Shown: in pieces, positions 24,986-35,655 of the stretch
Numbering within the stretch: position 1 is the first letter of the stretch
Layout of the letters: each line of letters starts with the position of its first letter
IMG/VR virus record: IMGVR_UViG_3300049048_000077
Coordinates: 1-56,331 of that record
From: a virus
Lineage: Duplodnaviria > Caudoviricetes
Strand: one strand, 5' to 3'
Length of the DNA: 56,331 nt
Made by a program: the position numbers and the translations under genes
Notes under the pieces: model-generated
What the model saw: only the letters and a program-made list of their open reading frames with translations
Told to the model about the DNA's origin: nothing
The model's database searches: none

Positions 24986-27196
24986 ATGCACGCCACCGTA
25001 ATGCAAGGGGGCGGCATGCCCCAGGCCGAGTCCGTCGACAAGCCGATGCTCGATCTGCGCGCTGAGTTTGTCCAGACGCTTCTCACCAAGCGCCGGGAAG
25101 CCATCGCTGGCCGAGCTGGATCCGGAATCGAAGAGGAGTGGACTGAGGATGAAGAACACTACCAAGGCATTGATGATGCTAATAGGGCATTCCAGAACGC
25201 CAATCAGCTCTACCGCAGCCGCAAGTCCACGTTGATCGGCTCAGCAACGAAAGATCAAGGCCCGTCTCGCTCGGTTGTGTTCCTCAATATCACGCGGCCA
25301 TACGTGGACGCCGCTAGTGCACGGGTGGCGGACATGCTGTTGCCGACGGATGACCGGGCGTGGGAGATCAAGCCGACGCCACTGCCGCGTATGTCGGAGA
25401 GCCAGATCACCAAACTGGCGAGCGCGATGGGTTTGAGTGACCCCGCAGAGGTACAAGCTCAGCTTGAGCAACGCCAGGTACAGGCCCGAGCGGCCTCCGA
25501 GGGCATGCAGAAAGCTATCGAGGACCCGCTGGTTGAGAGCAACTGGCACGGCGAGGTACGCCATCTGATCGAAGACTCGGCTCGCATCGGTACAGGCGTT
25601 CTAAAGGGCCCGTTCCCGATTCAGCGCACCGCTCGTGTGACGCATAAGGACCCGACCAGCGGCATGACCGAGCTCGTCAAGGTCAGCGAAATCAAACCCG
25701 GCTCCAAGCGCATAGATTGCTGGAATTTCTTTCCCGACCCATCCTGCGGCGAGAACATTCACAACGGCAGCTACACCTTCGAGCGGGAGTTCATCGGCCG
25801 CCGTCAGATCAAGGAGATGCTGGCAGACGAAAGCTATGACCAGGGCGAACTGATCGCCGTCCTGCGCGAGGGACCGGCCCGCACCCGCGAAGGGACCGAA
25901 GCGGTCTACCGCGCCAGCGAAGATGAGTTTGAAATGTGGATCTTCTATGGCCACGCCGCCCGCGAGTATTTGGCACGCCTGGGCGTCGAGCTGGATGAGG
26001 GCGACGAAGACCGCATGCCCACCATGGCCGTGATGATCAATGACCGCCTGGTGAAGGCGGTGCTCAGCCCCCAAGAGGACGGACAGTTCCCGTATGACGT
26101 GCTGGCCTGGCAGCGGCGTCCAGGCATGCCCTGGGGAGTGGGCATCGCCCGCCAGATTCGGACGGCGCAGCGCATGCTCAATGGTGCGACGCGGGCCATG
26201 ATGGACAACAGTGGTCTTTCAGCCGCGCCGCAAATCGTTTTGGGCAACGGAGTGACACCCCAAGATGGCAATTTCGTAATGCGACCGGGAAAGATTTGGC
26301 GGGCTGAGGCAGCTGCCGACGTGCAAGACGTGCGGGCCGCTTTCAACGCCTTCGTTGTGCCCAGTGTTCAGAACGAGCTGATGAACATCATCAACTTCGC
26401 CATGAAGATGGCCGAGGACACCACCGGCATGCCCGCCATGTTGCAGGGGATTCGCGGCGATGCACCAAGCACCTTGGGCGGCATGCAGATGCAGAACAAC
26501 AACGCGACAAGCGTGCTGCGCCGCCTGGCCAAGCGGTTCGACGACTACATGACCCGCCCTCACATCCAGCGGTACTTTGACTGGATGATGGCTTACAGCG
26601 ACGACGAAACCATCAAGGGCGACTTCGAGATTGAAGTGCGTGCATCCTCCGCGCTGGTCGAGCGTGATGCCCAGCAGCAGTTCCTCATGCAAATGGTGGC
26701 GATGGCCAAGGACCCGGCCTACGAGGTTGACCCTGCCAAGGTCTTCGCGGAGCTGTGCAAGGGCCAGCGTCTGGACCCCAAGAACTTCCAGCTCACGGAA
26801 GAGCAGAAGGCACAACGCCAGCAGGTGGCACCAGACCCAGTTGCGGAGAACAAGGCAAAACTGCTGGATGCACAGACCAGCAAGGTCGCCGCAGAGACGC
26901 GCAAGGTCGAGTCGGACAGATCCAGCACGGACATGAAGACGCTGTACAGCGGCGTGCAAACCGCCCAGGTGCTTGCGACGGTGCCTGGTGTGGCGCCGCT
27001 TGCCGACGAACTGGCGAAGTCCGTTGGTGTAGAGGACCAGAACGGCGGCACGGTTGTCCCGCAGCTGGCAGAGGCTGCGATGACCCAGCCAGAACCGGTT
27101 GCCGTTGCTACCAGCACCGACCCACTCACCCCGACAAGTCCTGCGCTGGGGTTCCAAGACGGCATTGAGACGCCCGAAGCTGACGGCGTTCGGTGA
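24986..27196 (+). CDS. Portal protein
   Basis: 736 aa after TerL; SARIGTGVLKGP, FFPDP, WGVG. Confidence 0.85.
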   Translation: MHATVMQGGGMPQAESVDKPMLDLRAEFVQTLLTKRREAIAGRAGSGIEEEWTEDEEHYQGIDDANRAFQNANQLYRSRKSTLIGSATKDQGPSRSVVFLNITRPYVDAASARVADMLLPTDDRAWEIKPTPLPRMSESQITKLASAMGLSDPAEVQAQLEQRQVQARAASEGMQKAIEDPLVESNWHGEVRHLIEDSARIGTGVLKGPFPIQRTARVTHKDPTSGMTELVKVSEIKPGSKRIDCWNFFPDPSCGENIHNGSYTFEREFIGRRQIKEMLADESYDQGELIAVLREGPARTREGTEAVYRASEDEFEMWIFYGHAAREYLARLGVELDEGDEDRMPTMAVMINDRLVKAVLSPQEDGQFPYDVLAWQRRPGMPWGVGIARQIRTAQRMLNGATRAMMDNSGLSAAPQIVLGNGVTPQDGNFVMRPGKIWRAEAAADVQDVRAAFNAFVVPSVQNELMNIINFAMKMAEDTTGMPAMLQGIRGDAPSTLGGMQMQNNNATSVLRRLAKRFDDYMTRPHIQRYFDWMMAYSDDETIKGDFEIEVRASSALVERDAQQQFLMQMVAMAKDPAYEVDPAKVFAELCKGQRLDPKNFQLTEEQKAQRQQVAPDPVAENKAKLLDAQTSKVAAETRKVESDRSSTDMKTLYSGVQTAQVLATVPGVAPLADELAKSVGVEDQNGGTVVPQLAEAAMTQPEPVAVATSTDPLTPTSPALGFQDGIETPEADGVR

Positions 27197-27200
27197 GTGC

Positions 27201-27249
27201 CCCCCAGTAGGGTTCGCGCTGGAGGGCATGGCTCGGAACACTCCGGGTC
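27201..27249 (+). promoter_or_regulatory. Late promoter motif copy 2
   Basis: CCCCCAGTAGGGTTCGC-N17-GGAACACT-N7-ATG. Confidence 0.8.
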
Positions 27250-27459
27250 ATGAAGGGCATCGAGATCAATTCCCCCACGTGGCGCGCTGTGAGTGAGCAC
27301 GCTCAAACGCAGATCGCCACGCTGCGAGAGAAGAACGACAGCCCGTCAATGGACGCGATCCGCACTGCTGAAACACGTGGGCGGATTGCTGCATGGAAAG
27401 AACTGCTGGCGCTGGTCAAACCAGCCCCGGCGCCAACCGCCGACGTTGGTGGCTACTGA
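27250..27459 (+). CDS. Small head-region protein, leaderless
   Basis: SPTW...LREKND...RGRIAA.K.LL. Confidence 0.7.
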   Translation: MKGIEINSPTWRAVSEHAQTQIATLREKNDSPSMDAIRTAETRGRIAAWKELLALVKPAPAPTADVGGY

Positions 27460-27489
27460 CCTCGGCACGACAACAGGAGTGCATGACGC

Positions 27490-28416
27490 ATGAACGTACG
27501 CGAGCAGGAACAGGCAGAAGAGCAAGCAGCCTTCGAGCAAGCCTTCGCAAGCGCAACCGGAGCAGAGCTTCCCGAGCCCACTGCAGCATCGAACGATGTT
27601 GCGGCCGGCAATGAAGTGATTGCCGGGGGCGCGAACGAGGGCAGCAACGAATCTGCAGCCCAGGCTCAAGCGCCAGACGCCAGCGATGCAGCACAAGGCA
27701 GTCCCGGGGACGGAACCTCGGCGGGCGAGAAGCCCGCTGGCGAACCTCCCGCCGAGGAAGACCCAGTGCTGCTCGATGGCCTCAAGCGCAGCGAGCTACG
27801 CCGCCTGCTCGGGAATGCGGCAGATGTGGAGAGCTTGAAAAAGCAGCTCGACAAGGCCCACGGCAGCATTGGCGATCTGAACCGCCGTTTCCAGCAGGTC
27901 CAGGCCGCAGCTAAACCTGCAGCCGAGGTGCCTGCCGAGATTCTGCAGTTTGAGCAGCTTTATCCCGAGTTTGCCGCGTACGTGAAAGCGCATGGAACCG
28001 TCCCCCAGCAATCCCAGGAAGCTCCACCAGCGGACCCCATGCAGACCGTGGCCACGGATGCAGGTGTTCCAGCGCAGGCCGAGCCCGACCCTACGGTGAT
28101 TGAACTGGCGGTTATGGACCGCATGCACAAAGGCTGGCGCGAAAAGATCGCGTCGCCCGACTTCAAGGTATGGCTGACGGGACAGCCCGACGACGTGCGC
28201 AGCACCTTCGAAACCACCACGGTGGCCGATGAGCTGAGCGCTGTTGTGGGCAAGTTCGACGCATGGAGCACAGCGCGCGAGTCGCGCCAGACCCACGGCC
28301 GCAGCCGCCTTGAACGGGCGATGACGCCGTCAGGGAACGCACCACGTCCCCAGGCCGCGCCAACCGAAGACGACGCATTTCGCGCCGCTTTCAACGCACA
28401 AATGGGCAAACGCTGA
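27490..28416 (+). CDS. Scaffolding protein
   Basis: Acidic, Ala-rich, coiled coil; immediately upstream of capsid. Confidence 0.7.
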   Translation: MNVREQEQAEEQAAFEQAFASATGAELPEPTAASNDVAAGNEVIAGGANEGSNESAAQAQAPDASDAAQGSPGDGTSAGEKPAGEPPAEEDPVLLDGLKRSELRRLLGNAADVESLKKQLDKAHGSIGDLNRRFQQVQAAAKPAAEVPAEILQFEQLYPEFAAYVKAHGTVPQQSQEAPPADPMQTVATDAGVPAQAEPDPTVIELAVMDRMHKGWREKIASPDFKVWLTGQPDDVRSTFETTTVADELSAVVGKFDAWSTARESRQTHGRSRLERAMTPSGNAPRPQAAPTEDDAFRAAFNAQMGKR

Positions 28417-28439
28417 ACGCGCGCCCGAAGGAGTAGAAG

Positions 28440-29483
28440 ATGTCTCAGTTCACCAGCGCCAATCCCGCAGCTCGTATCGGCAAACTCAAGGGTGAGATCC
28501 TCGCCCACGCCGTCCCATGCGAAGTCCTGGGCATGACCGGCCAGCAACGCGGCATGGCAAAAAATATGGGCAAGACCATCGTGCACCGCCGTTACCTGCC
28601 CTACGGTGCGGCGGCCACCAACTACAACACGATCAATCGCCCCGCGGCTGATCCTGCAGCGCACGAGCTGACCGAAGGTGTCACGCCATCGGCCGACACC
28701 CTCGTTCCGCAGGACATCACCGTGACCCTGAAGCAGTACGGTTGCTTGTACCAGCTGACGGATCAAGTCGCCGACACCTACGAAGACGACGTCCCAGCGG
28801 AGATGAAGAAGCACTGTGGCGAGCGCATCGCCCTAGTGCGCGAAATGATCCGCTACGGCGTGCTGAAGGCGTGCACGAACGTGTACTACGGCGGTGGCGG
28901 ATCGACCCGTGCAAGCGTGAACGCCAAGATCACGCTTAATCTGCTGCGTAAGGTGAGCCGCAACCTGCAGGCCAACCACGCCAAGCGCATCACGGGCATC
29001 CTGGCGCCGTCGGTGGACATTTCGACCCAGCCGGTGGAAGCCGCCTACATCGTGTTCGTTCACACCGACGCCGAGGCTGACGTGCGCGACCTGGCGGGGT
29101 TCAAGCACATCTCCGAGTACGGCACTCGCAAGCCTGTGAGCCCGTACGAGATCGGAAGCGTCGAAAACTTCCGGTTCGTGACGTCACCAGAACTGGCTCC
29201 GTACCTGGCCGCTGGCGCAGCCGTGGGTGCCACTGGTCTTTCCAGCGCTGGCGGCGTGAACGTGGACGTGTACCCGTTCATCATGGTTGGTGAGGACGCC
29301 TGGGGTCAGCACGCTTTGCGCGGCGCTGATTCTATTGACCCGACCTACATCCCGACTGGCCAGAAAGACAAGAGCGACCCTCTGGGCCAACGTGGCTACG
29401 TGGGCGCCAAGTTCTACATGGCCTGCACCATGCTCAACGAGGGCTGGATGGCTGTGGCAGAAGCCGGAGTCTCGTCGCTGTAA
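28440..29483 (+). CDS. Major capsid protein (N4-gp56-like)
   Basis: LTEGVTP, LKQYG, EIGSVENFRF, DPLGQRGYVG.K. Confidence 0.9.
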   Translation: MSQFTSANPAARIGKLKGEILAHAVPCEVLGMTGQQRGMAKNMGKTIVHRRYLPYGAAATNYNTINRPAADPAAHELTEGVTPSADTLVPQDITVTLKQYGCLYQLTDQVADTYEDDVPAEMKKHCGERIALVREMIRYGVLKACTNVYYGGGGSTRASVNAKITLNLLRKVSRNLQANHAKRITGILAPSVDISTQPVEAAYIVFVHTDAEADVRDLAGFKHISEYGTRKPVSPYEIGSVENFRFVTSPELAPYLAAGAAVGATGLSSAGGVNVDVYPFIMVGEDAWGQHALRGADSIDPTYIPTGQKDKSDPLGQRGYVGAKFYMACTMLNEGWMAVAEAGVSSL

Positions 29484-29546
29484 GGCAGCGCAGGTGAGGG
29501 CTTCGGCCCTCTCCGCACTTTAACCACCAAATTCAAGGAGCCCATC

Positions 29547-29915
29547 ATGGCCGACAACACTGCGGGCCAGACCCGCACCAACTCCGACAAGTCTGACTCG
29601 CCCAGCGCCGCACAAGGCAAGGTGATTTACGACGCGACAGCAATTGTCGCCACTGACTCAACTCGCGTGGATACGGGCTTCAAGCCACGCTACGTGCGCT
29701 GGGTGAACCTCACCGATCGCGTTGAGATCGAGTGGTTCGAAGGCATGGATGCAAACACGTGCTTGAAAACAGTCGCGGCAGGCACGCGCACGCTGGAGAC
29801 CAGCGGAGGTAACGGCGGTATCACTGTCGACGAGCGCGGCTTCCGCGTGCTCCAAAACGCCACGCTGGCTGCGATCCTGGCCTCGAAGACTTGCGTCTAC
29901 GAAGCTCGCGGTTAA
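29547..29915 (+). CDS. Virion protein (decoration-like)
   Basis: TGFKPRYV; RBS AAGGAG. Confidence 0.6.
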   Translation: MADNTAGQTRTNSDKSDSPSAAQGKVIYDATAIVATDSTRVDTGFKPRYVRWVNLTDRVEIEWFEGMDANTCLKTVAAGTRTLETSGGNGGITVDERGFRVLQNATLAAILASKTCVYEARG

Positions 29916-29972
29916 GCCACCCCCGCGCCCCAGCATCTCGCTGGGGTGCCCCTCAATTGGAGAACACTGAAC

Positions 29973-30419
29973 ATGACCCGCAAGACTGCACTTGAAGCAA
30001 GCAACGAGTATCTGGGTGCCGAAAACAAGATGGAATTCGGCGTGGTTCCACAGTTCACCGCTGAGGATATCCAGAACCCCGTGACACTCAAGGATGCGGA
30101 ACTCGACGCCTTCATGAATGAACCCGTCATGGTGACCGTGCTTTCGGGGGGCAAGGAAAACGAGGCCCCGTACGTTCAGGTTGCGGTTAACGGTGTGACA
30201 CAGATGTTCCGCCGCGATGTCCCTATCGTGGTGAAGCGCAAATATGTTGAGCGCCTGGCTCGGGCCAAAGAAACCGGCTATGACCAGGAGCTTGATGACA
30301 GGCTCGGTGAGCGTATGAACATGCTCCAGCAAACCAAGAGCTTGCGCTATCCCTTCAGCGTCAACCGGGACGACAATCCCCGCGGCTCCGCATGGCTGCG
30401 CGCCGTGCTGGCCTCCTGA
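29973..30419 (+). CDS. Hypothetical head-region protein
   Basis: V.VAVNG....R; RBS GGAG. Confidence 0.65.
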   Translation: MTRKTALEASNEYLGAENKMEFGVVPQFTAEDIQNPVTLKDAELDAFMNEPVMVTVLSGGKENEAPYVQVAVNGVTQMFRRDVPIVVKRKYVERLARAKETGYDQELDDRLGERMNMLQQTKSLRYPFSVNRDDNPRGSAWLRAVLAS

Positions 30420-30431
30420 TCGGACTAGTCA

Positions 30432-31109
30432 ATGACTCTCGCGGAGCTGATCGTCCTGTACCGGTCCCAATCGATGGACCAAGTAAGCTCTTTGAGCGGG
30501 AGCGACAGCGATGTTTTTTGCAAGGACGAGCTCCTCACGCTCTATGCTAACGAGGCGCAGGACGAGGCTTGCCGTCGAGGCGATCTGCTGCGCGACTCTG
30601 CTTCTCCCATGTGCTCGGTCGCCTTCGATGCGGATGCTGAAAATGTGACCCTTGACTCGAAAATCGTGCGTGTTGTTCGCGCACGAGTGAACGGGCAACA
30701 CGTAGCGGTCCTTTCGGGAGAAGAAATGGACTGCATTCACCCTGGGTGGCAGGACGACACGACCCGCGACCAGCCGACACACCTCGTTGAGGGCATGACT
30801 AGCGGCGCATTGCACTTTTGGCCGAGGCCTCAGGAGGCTGGTGTAATTCGCTTAACCGTTCAACGCTTGCCTTTGAAGCAGCTGCGCCACGGCGCCGACA
30901 AGCCAGAAATCCGGACCGACTTGCACGCAGGGCTGGTTGATTGGATGCTCTACCGTGCGCATAGCCGTGAGGACACTGACCTGCACAACGACAGGAAGGC
31001 CTCGGTAGCCTTGGCCAAGTTCGAAGCCGAGTTCGGTCGGAAGACAAGCGGGCGTAATGAAGCATGGATGCGACATGGGCTGGCCCCCATGCCCGGACCT
31101 ATTGCCTGA
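30432..31109 (+). CDS. Head-tail adaptor protein
   Basis: MTLAELI, NEAQ.E.CRR, WPRP, LVDWMLYRA. Confidence 0.7.
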   Translation: MTLAELIVLYRSQSMDQVSSLSGSDSDVFCKDELLTLYANEAQDEACRRGDLLRDSASPMCSVAFDADAENVTLDSKIVRVVRARVNGQHVAVLSGEEMDCIHPGWQDDTTRDQPTHLVEGMTSGALHFWPRPQEAGVIRLTVQRLPLKQLRHGADKPEIRTDLHAGLVDWMLYRAHSREDTDLHNDRKASVALAKFEAEFGRKTSGRNEAWMRHGLAPMPGPIA

Positions 31110-31115
31110 CCTCAG

Positions 31116-31157
31116 CCCCCAGTAGGGTTAGACGACCCCGTTCCGTACGGGAAAACT
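31116..31157 (+). promoter_or_regulatory. Late promoter motif copy 3
   Basis: CCCCCAGTAGGGTTAGA-N17-GGAAAACT. Confidence 0.75.
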
Positions 31158-31183
31158 GCCTGCATTGATCCGAAAGGCCATCC

Positions 31184-33529
31184 ATGCAAGGCTTCCAGTC
31201 CCTGGCAGCGCGCGGGCTCGCGCAAGCAGCACAACACCCACAGCACCTCGCCGACGGCGGCCAAGTAGGCTTCGGCGCCCGAGGGCTCGCTGGCCTACGC
31301 GACCTAGTCCCCAAGATGGCCGCCATGGGCTACCCCCAGGCCGCGCCAGCAGCTGCTCCGGCTGTAGCTGCGGCGCCCGCAATCGACCCCCGCGCCGCCC
31401 AACTGCAAGCCATGATCCCTCGGATGGAGGCCATGGGCTACAAGCAGCAACCCCAGTACCTTGCCAAAGGTGGGTTGGTACGAGGTCCAGGTACTGGCAC
31501 AAGCGACAGCATTGAGACTGAAGCCGAGCCCGGCACGTTCATCATGCCCGCAGACAGCACCAAGGCTATCGGCCAAAGCGCGCTGCAGAAAATGGGCACC
31601 GTGCCCGTACGTCTGTCGAACGGCGAGTTCGAAGTTCCGCCCGAGCAAGTCATGGCTATCGGCGCGGCTGTGCTCAAGTTGCTCAAGGACACGACGCACA
31701 CGCCTGTGAACGGGGAAGATGGCGGCCAGACCGACGCCGAGGTAGCCCAGCTCACGGCGGAGATGCCTGAACAGCAGTTTGCCGACGGCGGCCTGATCGA
31801 GAACGATGTCACCCGCGTGGGCAACAGCTACAGCGGCGGCAACGTTGGCGGCAGCATCACGGTGAACGGCGACGCGCCTGCCGGGACCTTCAGCGAGAAC
31901 CCGGCGAGCCGTATGGCTGCAGCACCGACCGCTCCGCGCCCCACGACAACTGCCGTTTCCATGATCCGCGGCACCCCCAGCACCGGCACTTCAGATACTC
32001 CGGTGCCTGCTCCAGCACAGGCCGCTGCCCCCATGGGTTGGCAGGCCCGCCAGGATCAGCGCAATCTGGAAGTCACGGCCAGCTCAATCATCGACAGCCC
32101 TGAGCGGCGCGCGGCGCAGCAGCGGCTCGGAACTTTGCCTGCGACTGGCGTCGCGCCTCGCCGTTATGCGGACGGTGGAACCGTGGAGGATGACCTGCAG
32201 AAGCGTCTGATGCAGATCCCATCAAGCGCTCCTGCCGGATGGACTGGCGGCGGAGCGGCTGGTGGCCGCGGTGGTGCGACTGGCAGTTGGGAGACACCGG
32301 CGCCGATTCCAGCGCCAGCGCCAGCCCCGACACAACCTGCGGGCGCGTTGAGCCGCGCGGCCGCCATGTCGACCCCCGCACCTGCAGTACAGGCCCTCAG
32401 CGCAGTCCAGAGCACTCCAAACGGCGGAGAGGTCACATCACAGAACATGGAAGCCGCGCAGAGCTTGGTGCGCCGTGGTGCTGCAGACGCCATGGCCGCC
32501 ATGCCAAGCGCGCAGCAGCCTGTTCAGGTTCCAACTGTGTTGTCCAGCGAGAACAGTTGGCAGAAGCGGAACGACTTGCGCAATGCGCTCGTGTCCGCAT
32601 CCTCGATCACGAACAACGGCGGAAAATGGGACCGGCACAAGGGCGAATCACCAGAGTCGCTGACCTACCGCGCAATGCTGGCAACGGATCAAGGTCTTCA
32701 GAGCAGCGCGCCCGGACTGGCCCAGCAGGCCATGCGGGAGACTGGCGACACCCAGCGCGCGGGATTGCAGGTCTCCGCCAGCAGTGCGAACGCCGCCGCA
32801 GAGCGCATGGGGGCCATGGACCGCACACTGGTGACCGAGCGGGGCAACAACACGCGGGCGGGTATCTCGGCGCAGGCCGCGACCGAAGCAGCGCGATTGA
32901 AGGCCCAGCAGGAGAACAAGCCGCCTGCGGGCTATCGTTGGGCCGAAGGCGGGACAAAGCTCGAACCGATCCCGGGCGGACCTGCAGGCGACGGAAAACC
33001 CTTGACCGAAGATCAAGCCAAGTCGGCAGGCTATGCCCTGCGCATGGACAACGCGCTGAAGCTGATTGACGAAGTAGGCAAGAAGGATCCCAGTGCCATC
33101 CGCCCAGGCCTGATCACATCGGCCATCAACACGCTGCCGGAACCTGCAGCAAATGCACTGCGGTCGACCGGGCGCCAGCGTGTCGAAGCCGCGCAACTGG
33201 ATGCGCTGGACGCAGCACTGACCCTGAACACCGGCGCGGCCTACACACGCGAGCAGCTCCAGGGCCTGAGCAAGTCCTACTTTGCCCAGCCCAACGACGA
33301 CGATGCGACGGTGGCCGACAAGGCAAATCGCCTGCAGAGCTTGATCGAGACGGCCAGGGTGCGCGCGGGAGAAAAAGGGGTCGCGATGACGGACGCAGCG
33401 CAGGCCAAGAACGCCGACCGCGCGGCGGCCTCACCCCCGGCGGCCATGCCCCCGCAGATTGCCGAACTCCAGCGCCGCGCCGCCTCCAACCCAGCGCTGG
33501 CCGCACGTCTGAAAGAGATGGGGTATTGA
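31184..33529 (+). CDS. Internal virion/DNA ejection protein
   Basis: 781 aa Ala/Gly-rich; GGLVRGPGTGTSDSI..LSNGE; PAGYRW..LEPIPGGPA. Confidence 0.7.
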   Translation: MQGFQSLAARGLAQAAQHPQHLADGGQVGFGARGLAGLRDLVPKMAAMGYPQAAPAAAPAVAAAPAIDPRAAQLQAMIPRMEAMGYKQQPQYLAKGGLVRGPGTGTSDSIETEAEPGTFIMPADSTKAIGQSALQKMGTVPVRLSNGEFEVPPEQVMAIGAAVLKLLKDTTHTPVNGEDGGQTDAEVAQLTAEMPEQQFADGGLIENDVTRVGNSYSGGNVGGSITVNGDAPAGTFSENPASRMAAAPTAPRPTTTAVSMIRGTPSTGTSDTPVPAPAQAAAPMGWQARQDQRNLEVTASSIIDSPERRAAQQRLGTLPATGVAPRRYADGGTVEDDLQKRLMQIPSSAPAGWTGGGAAGGRGGATGSWETPAPIPAPAPAPTQPAGALSRAAAMSTPAPAVQALSAVQSTPNGGEVTSQNMEAAQSLVRRGAADAMAAMPSAQQPVQVPTVLSSENSWQKRNDLRNALVSASSITNNGGKWDRHKGESPESLTYRAMLATDQGLQSSAPGLAQQAMRETGDTQRAGLQVSASSANAAAERMGAMDRTLVTERGNNTRAGISAQAATEAARLKAQQENKPPAGYRWAEGGTKLEPIPGGPAGDGKPLTEDQAKSAGYALRMDNALKLIDEVGKKDPSAIRPGLITSAINTLPEPAANALRSTGRQRVEAAQLDALDAALTLNTGAAYTREQLQGLSKSYFAQPNDDDATVADKANRLQSLIETARVRAGEKGVAMTDAAQAKNADRAAASPPAAMPPQIAELQRRAASNPALAARLKEMGY

Positions 33530-33530
33530 G

Positions 33531-35654
33531 ATGGCCGCACCTGACTTCTCCTCGATGAGCGACGACGACCTGCTGGCGTCCGTCAAGCCGCGCACACCCA
33601 CGGCTGCTCCTGCAGCGGCACAGCCGGCAGCGCAGGACTACTCCTCCATTTCAGACGATGATCTGCTCGCCAGCATCAAGCCGAAGGCCGCATCTGCCCC
33701 AGCGTCGCAGCGCTCCCTGGTCGATAGTGCCGCACGTTCCTTCGGAATTGGCGCCCGCGGGGTTGTGCAAGGGCTGACCGACCTCCCGGCGATGGTGACC
33801 GACAACCTGGTGGCCAAGCCCATCAACGCGGCTTTGGACGCAGTGCGGGGCAAGGACAATGGCCCGCGCCTGCAGATGCTTGGCGAGGCAACAGGCAACT
33901 TGATGACGCAGGCCGGGGTCCCGACTGCAGAGACGGCCAGCGAGCGGGTATTGCAGGACATCAATCGTGGCGGGGCGTCCGCGCTGACTGGTATCGGGCT
34001 CGGCGGAGCCCTGGCGCGCGGCGCTGGTGGTGCGGCCCAAGTCGCGCAGGCCGGCGGACGCGTCATGCCCCCACCACCCAGCACTGTGACGGAGGCAGTT
34101 GGGCGAGGGCTATCTGCTGCACCATTGACGCAGGTAGCCAGCGGCGCAACAGGCGCAGGCGCTCAAGGTCTCACGCGAGAAGGCGGTGGAGGGGAGGGCG
34201 CGCAGTTTGCGGCCAACATTGCCGGGTCGCTGGCTCCATCCGTCGTGCCATTCGCAGCGCAGTCGGCTGTGCGAGGCGCGCTCCGCGGCGGGGAGGCTGG
34301 GCGTCAGCGTGTGGCCGAAAATATCAAGACATTCGAGGAGGCGTCCGGCACGGTTCCCACCATGGGCCAGGCCACCCAGTCACGCACGCTGCAGGCGGCT
34401 GAAACTGGGCTGTCCAATGTGATCGGCGGATCCGGTCTCATGGCCCGCCGCGGGGAGGCTCAGGCCAAAGCGCTTGAGGACTCAGTGCAGGCTCTGTCGC
34501 GCGAGCTGGCGCCAGATGCCACGGGCTGGGGCGCTGGAGAGGCGATCACGAAGGGCGTGAACGCGTTCAAAGACAGCGTCAAAACGACCCAAAAGCAGCT
34601 TTACGGCAAGCTCGACGAGTACATCCCGGCCGCCACGCCGGTCAGTGTGACCCGCACGCAGGAAGCGCTCAAAGCGTTGAACGAGGGTATCGAGGGTGCG
34701 CCAAACATCTCGCAGTTCTTCCGCAACGCCAAAATCGGGAACATTGAGCGAGCGCTACTCAAGGACGTGGAAGGCGCAACCCTGGCCAACATCGCTCCCG
34801 GCATGTCTTCAACCGGTGTAGCGCCCACGGTCGGGCAACTGCCATACCAAGCCATCCAGAAGCTGCGCACACTGGTGGGGCAGGAAATTGCCGAGAATTC
34901 TCTGACGAGCGACGTTCCACGGTCGAAGTGGCGCGCGCTATACGGCGCCCTGAGCGACGACCTGGGCACGGCTGCGGAAGCCGCAGGCCCACAAGCGCAG
35001 CAGGCCTGGAGTCGGGCAAACCAGTACACGCGGGGCAGCATGCAGCGCCTGGATCAGCTCGAAACCATCGTGAACCGCGACGCGCCGGAAAAGATCTTCA
35101 AAGCCGCGACCACAGGGCTGTCGGATGGGGGCACGCAGATCAACCGCCTGATGAAGTCCATGCCTGAGGAAAACCGACGCGAGGTGGCCGCCGCCGTGCT
35201 GCAGCGTTTGGGTCGCGCCAAGAATGGTCAACAGAACGAGATGGGGGACGCCTTCAGCAGCGAGACCTTCCTGACCAACCTGGCCGCGATGTCGCTACCG
35301 GCGCGGCGGGCCTTGTTCTCGAATTCAGGGTTTCCTGGGCTGGAGCAGAAGATCCAGACCATGGGAAAGATGGCGGCCAACCGGCGCGAAGGGGCGCAGG
35401 TCTTCGCAAATCCGTCTGGCACCGCCCGGCAGATCGGTCTTGGGGCTTGGGCCAGTACGCTGATTGGCGGCCTTGCATCAGGCAATCCAGTGATGATCTC
35501 TGGCGCTCTCGCCGCCCCTGCTGCTGCCAACGTGCTGGCGCGCCGGATGACGTCGGAGAATGCGGTCAGAAGCCTGGCAGAAAAGACCGTTTTGAACCCA
35601 GCAGCAGCTCCGGCAGGGCTGACGGCGCTTGCGCGAGAAGACCGGGAACGCTGA
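33531..35654 (+). CDS. Internal virion/DNA ejection protein
   Basis: DFSSMSDDDL repeats, Gly/Ala-rich helices, NPSGTAR. Confidence 0.7.
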   Translation: MAAPDFSSMSDDDLLASVKPRTPTAAPAAAQPAAQDYSSISDDDLLASIKPKAASAPASQRSLVDSAARSFGIGARGVVQGLTDLPAMVTDNLVAKPINAALDAVRGKDNGPRLQMLGEATGNLMTQAGVPTAETASERVLQDINRGGASALTGIGLGGALARGAGGAAQVAQAGGRVMPPPPSTVTEAVGRGLSAAPLTQVASGATGAGAQGLTREGGGGEGAQFAANIAGSLAPSVVPFAAQSAVRGALRGGEAGRQRVAENIKTFEEASGTVPTMGQATQSRTLQAAETGLSNVIGGSGLMARRGEAQAKALEDSVQALSRELAPDATGWGAGEAITKGVNAFKDSVKTTQKQLYGKLDEYIPAATPVSVTRTQEALKALNEGIEGAPNISQFFRNAKIGNIERALLKDVEGATLANIAPGMSSTGVAPTVGQLPYQAIQKLRTLVGQEIAENSLTSDVPRSKWRALYGALSDDLGTAAEAAGPQAQQAWSRANQYTRGSMQRLDQLETIVNRDAPEKIFKAATTGLSDGGTQINRLMKSMPEENRREVAAAVLQRLGRAKNGQQNEMGDAFSSETFLTNLAAMSLPARRALFSNSGFPGLEQKIQTMGKMAANRREGAQVFANPSGTARQIGLGAWASTLIGGLASGNPVMISGALAAPAAANVLARRMTSENAVRSLAEKTVLNPAAAPAGLTALAREDRER

Positions 35655-35655
35655 C

